DNA of 64,000 nucleotides from Candidatus Sericytochromatia bacterium (GTDB lineage Bacteria; Cyanobacteriota; Sericytochromatia; S15B-MN24; UBA4093): NCBI GenBank assembly GCA_036676985.1, contig JAKFBU010000039.1, positions 148,845 to 212,844 of the forward strand, read 5' to 3'. Shown piece by piece: positions 17,205 to 25,700 of this stretch (position 1 is its first letter; each line of letters starts with the position of its first letter). The notes under the pieces were generated by a model. It saw only the letters and a program-made list of their open reading frames with translations, ran no database searches and was not told where the DNA came from. The position numbers and the translations under genes were made by a program.

Positions 17205-18761
17205 CTACTTGGCCTGGGTCTCGGGGTTCTCGGCGAACCACACGTCCTCGGTCATGAAGCGCTTCCCGTTCTGCACGAAGTAGGACTGGATCACGTACTC
17301 GCCATGCTGGTTCTTGCGGATGGTCGGCTTGGAGCCGATCTCCGTGACGCCCAGCGACGCCAAGGTGTGCAGCTCCTTGGGCTGGACCGTCGCGTCGCGG
17401 TTGCTGTCGACCCAGACCTTGAGCGTGTCGAGGGTCTTGCCCTTGAGCGACGCGTTCTTGTGGTAGAGCTTCGACCACGTCACGTCGTCGTTCATCTTCA
17501 GGACCGACGCCAGGTTGATCTGGGTGGCCTTGTAGGCGAGCTTGTGGTAGCCGTTGGCGTAACCGATGGCGTCACCGAAGAGCGCGTGGGCGTTGATCAT
17601 GCCGTCGCCCCCCGCGGCCTTGGAGACCCGGCCGTTGGTGTCGTCCACCAGGAAGCCGTCGCCGTCGGCGTTGAGCCACTCGATGTTGCGCTTCTTGCCC
17701 TCGGCCGTGATGTCGAACCACACGGCGCCGTTGGCGACGAACTTGTTCTCCTTGAGGCGCTTCTGGGCGGTCGAGGAGCCGGTCACGCCGATCTTGCCGT
17801 CGTGGTTGAGGTCCAGGGCAATGGGCGAGTGGGTGGTCCAGCTCGAGGCGACGAGCCAGCGGGCCAGGTCACGCAGGCGAGCGGCCGACGGCTGGGACTC
17901 GACGACGTGCACCGGACCGTTGGTGGTGTCGACCCAGGTGTCGATCTTGAGGCCCGAGGGGTTGACGCCCTTGTCGATGAGCTCCGCCATCTGGATGAAG
18001 CGGCCGGCCTGGGCGTAGGAGTCGATGTTGCCCATGCCCGTCAACTTCTTGAAGGCGGCGGGGTCGTTGAGCAGCACGCTCTGGATGCCGCTGTTCTTGT
18101 AGCGGTCATAGGCGGCCTGATCGAACTGCGCCGGGTTGGTGTAGGTGACGCCGTGCGCATAGGAAATCGAGTGGGCGCCGTCCGACATGGTGTAGGTGTA
18201 CTCGCCGCCGCCGTTAAAGGCAAAGGCCTTGCGGATGTAGGCATCGAGGCTGCTGGCCCCGAGGACGTCCACCAGGGCGCTCGAGTCCTTGGCGTTGGCC
18301 AACGAGGCCATCAGGGAGACGTCGGACGCCGCGACGTTGCTCGGCGCCTTCAGCTTGCCCGAGGCGATGTCCGCCCGGATCTGCTTGAGGGCGGCGTCGA
18401 AGTTGAAGTCGTGGTAGGCCCCGCCGTCGTAGTTGTTGTTGGTCGAGGTGGGGATGCCGTACTTGGTGTAGACCTGCTGCATCTCGGCCGTGGTCATGGC
18501 CCGGTTGAGACCCACCAGCTCCGCGAAGGCCTCCTGGATGGTCGCGTCGTAGCGGCCGATGGGGCTCGCGATGTGGTTGGCGTTCTTCACGTAGCGGTTG
18601 CGCTTGAACTCGACCCAGAACCCGGGCACGCCGTTGCTGGTGCCGGGGGTGTAGACCTTGTTGGTCTCGACGACGAGTTCTTCGGCCAGGGCGGGCGAGA
18701 GCGTACCAGCGAGGGTGGCGAGTACCAGCGAGAGTGCCAGCGAGTACCGTTTCTTTAGCAT
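17205..18761 (-). CDS. Secreted protein with C-terminal SPM-like domain, 'family A'
   Basis: Start MLKKRYS after GAGGAG; signal ALA-EE; HSPIALDLNHDG...EDVWFA. Confidence 0.8.
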   Translation of the reverse strand: MLKKRYSLALSLVLATLAGTLSPALAEELVVETNKVYTPGTSNGVPGFWVEFKRNRYVKNANHIASPIGRYDATIQEAFAELVGLNRAMTTAEMQQVYTKYGIPTSTNNNYDGGAYHDFNFDAALKQIRADIASGKLKAPSNVAASDVSLMASLANAKDSSALVDVLGASSLDAYIRKAFAFNGGGEYTYTMSDGAHSISYAHGVTYTNPAQFDQAAYDRYKNSGIQSVLLNDPAAFKKLTGMGNIDSYAQAGRFIQMAELIDKGVNPSGLKIDTWVDTTNGPVHVVESQPSAARLRDLARWLVASSWTTHSPIALDLNHDGKIGVTGSSTAQKRLKENKFVANGAVWFDITAEGKKRNIEWLNADGDGFLVDDTNGRVSKAAGGDGMINAHALFGDAIGYANGYHKLAYKATQINLASVLKMNDDVTWSKLYHKNASLKGKTLDTLKVWVDSNRDATVQPKELHTLASLGVTEIGSKPTIRKNQHGEYVIQSYFVQNGKRFMTEDVWFAENPETQAK

Positions 18762-18810
18762 AACTGCTCCTCTCATAAAGCTGACTACCGGTAGTTAGTC
18801 GTTATGGGAG

Positions 18811-18867
18811 TTATACGCCGTGATCCGCCTCACCTTCGTTAACTGGATGAAAGGCATGTTATTTTTT
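18811..18867 (-). promoter_or_regulatory. Conserved promoter/operator upstream of operon 3
   Basis: Near-identical to 13935-13991. Confidence 0.65.
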
Positions 18868-18978
18868 CGTTAGTCGCCCGGTATTTTTTCGTTCGAAACG
18901 GCCAATGACTCGCGGGCATCGTCTTGACGAGCGGCTTTCGGCGCCGCACCATGGAGGGCGATCGCGCAAGGAGACGTC

Positions 18979-19440
18979 ATGACGAGCTGGACCCGCCCCG
19001 ATGGGCGCCCGACCCCGGAAGCCACCTACATGCAACTGGCCTTCATGTGGGCCAAACACTCGACCTGCGTACGCATGCAGGTGGGCAGCGTCATCACGAC
19101 CTCCGATCTCCGCCGCACCGTGGGGCACGGGTACAACGGGGGGGGCGTGGGCATGGGCGACAACGCCTGCGCCCATGAGGGCAAGGTCGCCGGCCAGTGC
19201 GAGCACCTGCATGCCGAGGAGAACGCCCTGCTCTTCTGCAACTACGAGGGCCCCAAGGTCCTGTTCGTGACCATCGAGCCATGCCTCCTGTGCGCCAAGC
19301 GCATCGTCAACAAGGGCAACATCCAGAAGGTCTACTTCGGCAAGGCCTCATACCGGGACAAGCGGGGACTCGAGTACCTCCAGCGGGCCGGCATCGAGAC
19401 CATCCACTTCGAGCCGCCCGCCGACCACCCCCTCCCCTAG
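18979..19440 (+). CDS. dCMP deaminase / ComEB-family zinc deaminase
   Basis: STCxRxxVG, GYNG, HAEENA, PCLLCAK motifs. Confidence 0.88.
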   Translation: MTSWTRPDGRPTPEATYMQLAFMWAKHSTCVRMQVGSVITTSDLRRTVGHGYNGGGVGMGDNACAHEGKVAGQCEHLHAEENALLFCNYEGPKVLFVTIEPCLLCAKRIVNKGNIQKVYFGKASYRDKRGLEYLQRAGIETIHFEPPADHPLP

Positions 19441-19561
19441 GCGCCCTTCGCCCCTCCGAATGCCCGCTCGTCGCTTGATGGTGGCGTTATGATCCTGCCA
19501 GGCCACCCACCATGGGGCGGTCGGATCTCGGCCCGGACGTGCGGGCGGTTAGGAGGTCCCC

Positions 19562-20197
19562 ATGAAGGTTGCAGCGACGGTTCTGGCGATTGGGGCGCTG
19601 GTGGGCACAACGGCCCTGCCGGCGCTTGCGCACGACCACACCGACGGCATGGGCGGCGGCGGCGGGCCCGGCATGGGCATGATGGGCGGCCACAAGCACA
19701 AGGGCTTTGCCCTGCGCGCCTTCAACAACATGGCGAACGGCAGCACCTACACCATGATGGGCATGGAGGCCGTACGCATGAGCCCCATGGGCTGGTACGG
19801 CGGCATGGCCTGGTACAAGGGCATCAACCTCGGCGTGACGGCCGGCGCGGACATGGCGAGCCACGGCGGGCTCCTCATGGGCAAGGAGTTCGGCGAGGGG
19901 CCGCTCACCTTCGATGTCGGCGTCATGCTCGGCATGGGCTACGACCTCGTGGCGAGCCCCACGCTGACCTTCTCGGGCTTCGACCTCTACTTCGTGGGCG
20001 AGCCGCGGATCGGCATCGGCTGGGTCATGAGCCCGCACTCCGAGCTCAAACTCTCGGCGGGCTACCTCGCCAGCAGTAACATGGGGGCGGCGGCGGGCCC
20101 CACCGTCACCCTGACCTTCTCCGCCATCCGGCTCGGCATGAGGCATGGCATGCGCCATGGCCCGGGCATGGGCGAGTGTCCCGACTGCCGTCAGTAG
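19562..20197 (+). CDS. Secreted Met/His/Gly-rich protein, possible small outer-membrane beta-barrel
   Basis: Signal ALA-H; alternating amphipathic strands; Met/His-rich termini and C-terminal CPDC. Confidence 0.6.
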   Translation: MKVAATVLAIGALVGTTALPALAHDHTDGMGGGGGPGMGMMGGHKHKGFALRAFNNMANGSTYTMMGMEAVRMSPMGWYGGMAWYKGINLGVTAGADMASHGGLLMGKEFGEGPLTFDVGVMLGMGYDLVASPTLTFSGFDLYFVGEPRIGIGWVMSPHSELKLSAGYLASSNMGAAAGPTVTLTFSAIRLGMRHGMRHGPGMGECPDCRQ

Positions 20198-20232
20198 GGC
20201 CGAGGGCTCACCCGGCTCGCGGGCCGGGTGCT

Positions 20233-21165
20233 CTACGGCTTCGAGAAGGTGTCGATGATCCGGATGATGGCCGGCCCCAGCGTGACGATGAACATGGCCG
20301 GGAAGATGAAGAACACCAGGGGGAAGAGCATCTTGATGGGGGCTTGCATCGCGGCCTCCTGAGCCCTCTGCCGACGCTTGTTGCGCAGGTGGAGGCTCTG
20401 GGTGCGCAGCACCTGCGCGACCCCGACGCCCAGCTGGTCCGCCTGGATGAGGGCCGCCGAGACGCCCTCCAGGTCCGGCACGCCGCAGCGCCGCGAGAGG
20501 TCGTTGAGAGCCTCGGGGCGAGTGCGGCCCATGCGCACGTCGCTCATGTACCGGCCGAGCTCCTCGCGCAGCTCCGCGCCGTGCTGCGAGGCGCGGGCCA
20601 CGATCCGGAGCACTGATCCGTCGAAGCTGAGCCCCGCCTCGACGCTCGAGGTGACGAGATCCAGGGTGTCGGGCAGCGCCCGCACCAGAGCGTCCTTGCG
20701 CTGGCGGATCCTGCCGGCGATCCACTGCTCGGGGCCCATGATGCCGATCATGGCCGTCACCGCACCCCCGATCATGCCGGCCCCCGGGTTCAGGCGCCCC
20801 ACGCCCCAGAAGACGATGGCCGCCACTGCAAGCATGAGGGCCTTGAAGGCCAGGAGGGTCTGCACGCCGTAGGGGCTGTAGATGCCTGCCTGCTGTAGGC
20901 GCTCGATCATGCGCGCCTTCTGGCTGCCCGGCGTCAGGCGCCCCCCCAGGGCGGCCAGGGCAGTGATGCCCGGCAGCACGGCCCGCTGGATGAAGGGCTG
21001 CTCCAGGAGCTTGGCCCGCGAAGGGGCCACGGTGCCGTCGTCGGCGATCGCCTCCAGCCGCCGGTGCGTGGCGCGCTCGGCGGGGCTCGCGAGCGACAGG
21101 CCGACCAGCGCGGCGGCGGTGACGGCCGCGAAGGAGGCGACAGCAGTCCAGGTGGGGTCGAGCAT
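20233..21165 (-). CDS. tadC: Tad pilus inner-membrane protein TadC (T2SS F domain)
   Basis: LPDTLDLVTSSVEAGLSFD, QADQLG, IKMLFPLVFFIFPA. Confidence 0.9.
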   Translation of the reverse strand: MLDPTWTAVASFAAVTAAALVGLSLASPAERATHRRLEAIADDGTVAPSRAKLLEQPFIQRAVLPGITALAALGGRLTPGSQKARMIERLQQAGIYSPYGVQTLLAFKALMLAVAAIVFWGVGRLNPGAGMIGGAVTAMIGIMGPEQWIAGRIRQRKDALVRALPDTLDLVTSSVEAGLSFDGSVLRIVARASQHGAELREELGRYMSDVRMGRTRPEALNDLSRRCGVPDLEGVSAALIQADQLGVGVAQVLRTQSLHLRNKRRQRAQEAAMQAPIKMLFPLVFFIFPAMFIVTLGPAIIRIIDTFSKP

Positions 21166-21173
21166 GGGGCCTC

Positions 21174-22112
21174 CTAGTACTTGATGTTCACGAGCTTGCG
21201 GATGAAGAAGATGCCCAGGAGCTGGGCGCACACGCCCGCGCCGATGAGCATGTGGCCGCGCGGATCGGTGAAGAGCCCCGAGATGTAGCCCGGGCTGATG
21301 ATGAAGAACAAGACGCCGATGCCTCCGGGCAGGGCCGAGAGCACGATGCCCGACAGCCGGCCCTGGGCCGTGAGGGCCTGGACCTCGCCCGCCACCCGGA
21401 CGCGATCGCGGATGGTGTCGTGGATGTTCATGAGGATCTCGCTCAGGTTGCCGCCCGTCTCGCGCTGGATGATCATGGCGGCCACCACCAGCTCGATGTC
21501 GAGGGTGCCGATCCGGTCCGAGAGGTTGGAGAGCGCGGTCTCCACGGGCAGGCCCCAGTTGATCTCGCCCACGGTGGTGGCGAACTCCTGGGCGATCGCC
21601 CCCGACATCTGCTTTGAGACGATCTGCAGCGCCTGCAGAAACGAGTTGCCGGCCCGCAGGCCGTTGATGACGAGCATCAGGGCGTCGGGCAGCTGCTCGG
21701 TCAATTGCTTGAGGACCTTCGCCCGTCGCTGCTTGAGCTGCAGGAAGGGCACCGCGCCGCCCACGGCGAAGGTCGCGAGGCCAATCAGCGGGTTGGCGAA
21801 CAGGAGGCCGCCGATGGCGCCTGCTGCGAGCGCAAGCAACCCGGCCGCCGTGAGGAACTCCCCGGGCGTCCAGGCCCAGCCCACCTGGTAGAGCTGCCGA
21901 TCCAGGCTGCGCGTGATGGACAATTCCTTGATCAGGGGCTCGATGACCTTCGAGAGGATGCGCAGGATCCCCTTGCCGGGCGCCGACACCACGGCCTTGC
22001 CCTCCAGGTCCGCGATCCTTCCGCCGACGGCCGCATTCTCGGGCGCGAGCGCACCCGAGAAGACGAAGGCCGCCGCCGTGATCCCCGTGAAGATGGCGAT
22101 GAAGAGCAGCAT
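21174..22112 (-). CDS. tadB: Tad pilus inner-membrane protein TadB
   Basis: QLPDALMLVINGLRAGNSF, IQRETGGNLSEIL, ALTAQGRLSG. Confidence 0.9.
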   Translation of the reverse strand: MLLFIAIFTGITAAAFVFSGALAPENAAVGGRIADLEGKAVVSAPGKGILRILSKVIEPLIKELSITRSLDRQLYQVGWAWTPGEFLTAAGLLALAAGAIGGLLFANPLIGLATFAVGGAVPFLQLKQRRAKVLKQLTEQLPDALMLVINGLRAGNSFLQALQIVSKQMSGAIAQEFATTVGEINWGLPVETALSNLSDRIGTLDIELVVAAMIIQRETGGNLSEILMNIHDTIRDRVRVAGEVQALTAQGRLSGIVLSALPGGIGVLFFIISPGYISGLFTDPRGHMLIGAGVCAQLLGIFFIRKLVNIKY

Positions 22113-22113
22113 G

Positions 22114-23514
22114 CTAGAACCCCGCAGCCTGGAACAGCTCGACCGGAAGCGCGATGCCCTTGGTCTTGAGGGCCTCGGCGCACTTGGGGCGGATGCCCGT
22201 GGGCCGGTGCGCGCCGATGATCTTGCCGTTCTCGTCCACGCCCTCACGGACGAAGCGATAGATCTCCTGCATCTGGAGGATATCGCCCTCCATGCCCACC
22301 ACCTCCGAGATGCCCGTCACCCGGCGGCTGCCGTCGCTCGCGCGCTCGATCTGGACGATGAGGTCCAGCGCCGAGGCGGTCTGCTCGCGGATGGCCCGCA
22401 AGGGCAGGTCCATCCCCGCCATGAGCACCATGGTCTCGAGCCGGGACAGGGCGTCGCGGGCCGTGTTGGCGTGGATGGTGGCGAGGCTGCCCTCGTGGCC
22501 GGTGTTCATGGCCTGCAGCATCGCCAGCGCCTCGCCGCCGCGCACCTCGCCCAGGATGATCCGGTCGGGGCGCATGCGCAGGCTGTTCTTCAGGAGCTCG
22601 GACTGGTCCACCCGGCCCGCGCCCTCCACGTTCGCCGGGCGCGTCTCCAGGCGGATGACGTGGTCCTGCTGGAGCTGCAGCTCGGCCGCGTCCTCGATGG
22701 TGATGAGGCGCTCGCGATCCGGGATGAAGCTCGACAGCACGTTGAGCAAGGTGGTCTTGCCGGAGCCCGTGCCGCCCGAGATGAGGATGTTGAGACGTGC
22801 CTCGACGCAGCCCTTCAGGAAGCCCGCCATGGCCTCGCTCATGGAGCCGATGCCGATGAGGCTCTCGACCTTGAGGGGATCCTTGCGGAACTTACGGATC
22901 GTGAGGCAGGGCCCGTCGATGGCGAGCGGCGGGATGATGGCGTTGACGCGGCTGCCGTCCGGCAGGCGCGCGTCGCACATGGGCGAGCTCTCGTCGATCC
23001 GGCGGCCGATCTTGGAGACGATGCGGTCGATCACCCGCAAGAGGTGGGCGTCGTCCGAGAAGGCCACGTCCACCTTGGTGATCCTGCCCGCGCGCTCCAC
23101 GAAGACCTTGCGGGTCGAGTTGACCATGATCTCGGAGATGGCGTCGTCTGCGAGCAAGGGCTCCAGGGGCCCGAGGCCCAGCATATCGTTGTAGATCTCC
23201 TCGACCATGCGATCGCGCTCCGCGCGCGCCATGAGCCGGAAGGCCGCATGGGCGTCGGGAGCGGCGAGCACCGTGTCGAGGCCCTCGCGGATGGCGTCCT
23301 TGATCTGGTCGGGGCTCGCCGTCTCGTCAAGGGACTGCGTGCGCATGTTCTCGACCATGAGGCGGTGGACTCGGCCCTTGAGCTCGGCGGACGGATCCAC
23401 CGGCCGCACCGTGAGCTCCACGGTCTTCGCGGGTGCGCTCGGCTTGGGCTGGGCGGGTGCGGGTGCCGGCTCGGGTGCCGCCTGGCCGCCGTTAAGTCGG
23501 TTGCGTAGGAACAT
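22114..23514 (-). CDS. cpaF: Tad pilus assembly ATPase CpaF/TadA
   Basis: GLGPLEPLL, GGTGSGKTT, LRMRPDRIILGEVRG, MNTGHEGS. Confidence 0.95.
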   Translation of the reverse strand: MFLRNRLNGGQAAPEPAPAPAQPKPSAPAKTVELTVRPVDPSAELKGRVHRLMVENMRTQSLDETASPDQIKDAIREGLDTVLAAPDAHAAFRLMARAERDRMVEEIYNDMLGLGPLEPLLADDAISEIMVNSTRKVFVERAGRITKVDVAFSDDAHLLRVIDRIVSKIGRRIDESSPMCDARLPDGSRVNAIIPPLAIDGPCLTIRKFRKDPLKVESLIGIGSMSEAMAGFLKGCVEARLNILISGGTGSGKTTLLNVLSSFIPDRERLITIEDAAELQLQQDHVIRLETRPANVEGAGRVDQSELLKNSLRMRPDRIILGEVRGGEALAMLQAMNTGHEGSLATIHANTARDALSRLETMVLMAGMDLPLRAIREQTASALDLIVQIERASDGSRRVTGISEVVGMEGDILQMQEIYRFVREGVDENGKIIGAHRPTGIRPKCAEALKTKGIALPVELFQAAGF

Positions 23515-24712
23515 CGATCATCCTCCGAAGACGGGTCCAGAGCTCATTCAGGCGCTTGGTGGGAGAGGTCGTCTTGACCAGGGCCGTCTGGGACCTCTCC
23601 ACGTAGCGCTGGGCGAAGGCCTTCATGCTCTTGGCGAACGGGGCGTTGGGGGCCAGGAGCACCATGGGGCTGCCGGCGTTGACGGCCGCGAGCGACTCCT
23701 CGGGCACATACGGGAGCTGGACCGCGAGGCTGCGGTGGAGCACGCGGGCCATCGCCTCGCCGTCCACCTCGCTCTTCTGGGCCCAGCCCACGAGCTCGAC
23801 CTTGGTGATGTCGATGCCCAGGTCCAGCCACAGCTTGAGGCTCTGCTGGACATGGCGCAGGCTCGCGAGATCCGGGAAGAGGGGCACGAGGATCTTGTCG
23901 GCAAGCTCCATGGCCTGCAGGATGGGCTCGGAGAGCACCGGGGCGGTGTCCACCACGGTGTAGGCATGCCGGCCCTTGAGATCCTTGAGCACCGCTCCTG
24001 TCACCGCGCGGTCGATGAGCTCCCCGTCCTCGGGCGAAGGGGTGGAGGCGAGCACCTTGAGCCCGGTCGCATGCGTGCAGCAGGCCTGATCGATGGCCTC
24101 GGGATCCGGCTTGCCGCCGAGTTTCGCGATGTCCGAGAGGTAGGCCTGCGGCTTGACGTTCAGGAGCAGGTCCACCTCGCCGAACTGCGGAGCCAGGTCG
24201 ATGAGGGCGGCGGTGCCCTCCTTGGCGAGCGTCACCGCGAGGTTGACGGCAAGGGTCGACTTGCCGGCGCCGCCCTTGGGCGAGTGCACGACGAACACCT
24301 TGCCACTCTTGGCCCGTGCGGGCTCGCTCGTGGAGCGAGCGCCCTTGAGTCGAGTCACGAAGACGCGCGCCCGCTCGACCGCCCCGGGCAGATCCTGGGG
24401 AGAGGCGAGCACCTCGCGGATGCCGGCCTGCATGGCCTTGCCGAGCGCCTCGGCTTCGAGGTTCGCGCCGACCAGCAGGACGATCGACATGGGGTTCGCG
24501 GCCTGGATGCCGTCCACCGTGCGGATGACGATCTCCAGGTCGCCCATGTGGGCGAGCACCACGAGCTCGGGGCGCAACGAGACGGCCATGCCGACCCCGT
24601 CCGAGGGGCTCGGCGCTTCGCCGACGATAGAGGCGGGCACGCCCTGCCCCAGCGTAGCCTTGAGGGCTTCACGCTGGGGATCCGTGCCGATGAGTAGGGT
24701 TCGCAGGGCCAT
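23492..24712 (-). CDS. cpaE: CpaE/TadZ pilus assembly protein
   Basis: Atypical receiver + SPKGGAGKSTLAVNLA, DLAPQFG. Confidence 0.88.
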   Translation of the reverse strand: MALRTLLIGTDPQREALKATLGQGVPASIVGEAPSPSDGVGMAVSLRPELVVLAHMGDLEIVIRTVDGIQAANPMSIVLLVGANLEAEALGKAMQAGIREVLASPQDLPGAVERARVFVTRLKGARSTSEPARAKSGKVFVVHSPKGGAGKSTLAVNLAVTLAKEGTAALIDLAPQFGEVDLLLNVKPQAYLSDIAKLGGKPDPEAIDQACCTHATGLKVLASTPSPEDGELIDRAVTGAVLKDLKGRHAYTVVDTAPVLSEPILQAMELADKILVPLFPDLASLRHVQQSLKLWLDLGIDITKVELVGWAQKSEVDGEAMARVLHRSLAVQLPYVPEESLAAVNAGSPMVLLAPNAPFAKSMKAFAQRYVERSQTALVKTTSPTKRLNELWTRLRRMIDVPTQPT

Positions 24713-24724
24713 GGGGTCTCCAGC

Positions 24725-25690
24725 CTACCGCAGGCTCGCGGGATCGACGGGGGGCGGAACGGGGTCCTGTTCGTCGGACAGGCGGACGGCGTACTGGAGG
24801 GCCGTGCCCTTCACTTCCGTGTCCTTCACCTTGTCGATGAAACGGCCGTAGACCTCGGACCGGCTCGTCGTGTAGGTGACGTAGAAGCGGGCGAAGCCCG
24901 TGATGGTGACGTTGGCGCGACCATTGACGTTGAAGAAGCTGTCGCCCAAGAGCGGCACGAGCATCACGCGCGGGGTGCGCGCGCCCTTGGCGGCGTCCTG
25001 GTAGCTCGTGTGGTCGTTGCCCAGGAGCTGGTTGACGGCCGTCACGGTCGGGCCTTGCATGTTGCCGGGCTCGGTGGGCAGCATGTCACCCACGCGCACG
25101 GTGCGCTTGGCGCCGTTCAGGATGGAGGTGCGGTAGATGGTGGCGCCGGTGCCGTCGATGCCGAGGGCCTGGAAGTTGCCGTGGATCGAGCCGCCCGGAC
25201 CTTGCTTGAGGATGTACTCGGCGCCCGGCTTGAAGTCCTCTTCGGGGACGCCGAAGGGACGCACGCCGTACGTGAGATCGACGCAGTGCAGGTCGGCCTG
25301 GGCCTTGGCGCCCACGTTCAGGGACTGGGCCTTGTCGGCATCGCCCGAGCCCTGGACCGTCTCCAGCACGCGCGCCACCAGGGACTGGTTGGGCACGTCC
25401 ATGGCGACCTTCATGCGGCTGCCCTGCAGGATGGTGATGTTCTTGTCCGTGAGCTCGTAGCCGTTCTTGGCGGCCATTTCCTTGGCCTGGGCGACGGCGT
25501 AGGTCTGCCCGTTGAGCAGGCCCTTGGCTCCGGCGAGGGCCGCGGCGTCAGCCGCGACCTGCATACGGGTCCGGTGGTACATCAGTCCGCCCGTGTCCGC
25601 GACCAGGCCCGCGAACACCACCAGTCCGGTGGCGAAGAGGGCCGTGGTCACGAGCGTGGCGCCGCGTTCGAGATCTCTCCGTTTGGCCAT
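24725..25690 (-). CDS. TadG-like minor pilin
   Basis: ERGAT prepilin-like site, TM, QVAADAAALAGA motif, TEPGN..GP. Confidence 0.8.
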   Translation of the reverse strand: MAKRRDLERGATLVTTALFATGLVVFAGLVADTGGLMYHRTRMQVAADAAALAGAKGLLNGQTYAVAQAKEMAAKNGYELTDKNITILQGSRMKVAMDVPNQSLVARVLETVQGSGDADKAQSLNVGAKAQADLHCVDLTYGVRPFGVPEEDFKPGAEYILKQGPGGSIHGNFQALGIDGTGATIYRTSILNGAKRTVRVGDMLPTEPGNMQGPTVTAVNQLLGNDHTSYQDAAKGARTPRVMLVPLLGDSFFNVNGRANVTITGFARFYVTYTTSRSEVYGRFIDKVKDTEVKGTALQYAVRLSDEQDPVPPPVDPASLR

Positions 25691-25700
25691 GGGCCACCTC

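Noticed and set aside
5654-18761. Family A as RTX toxins or DGR targets
   Set aside because: No GGxGxD nonapeptide repeats or T1SS genes; no reverse transcriptase, and no adenine-specific template/variable repeat pattern noticed
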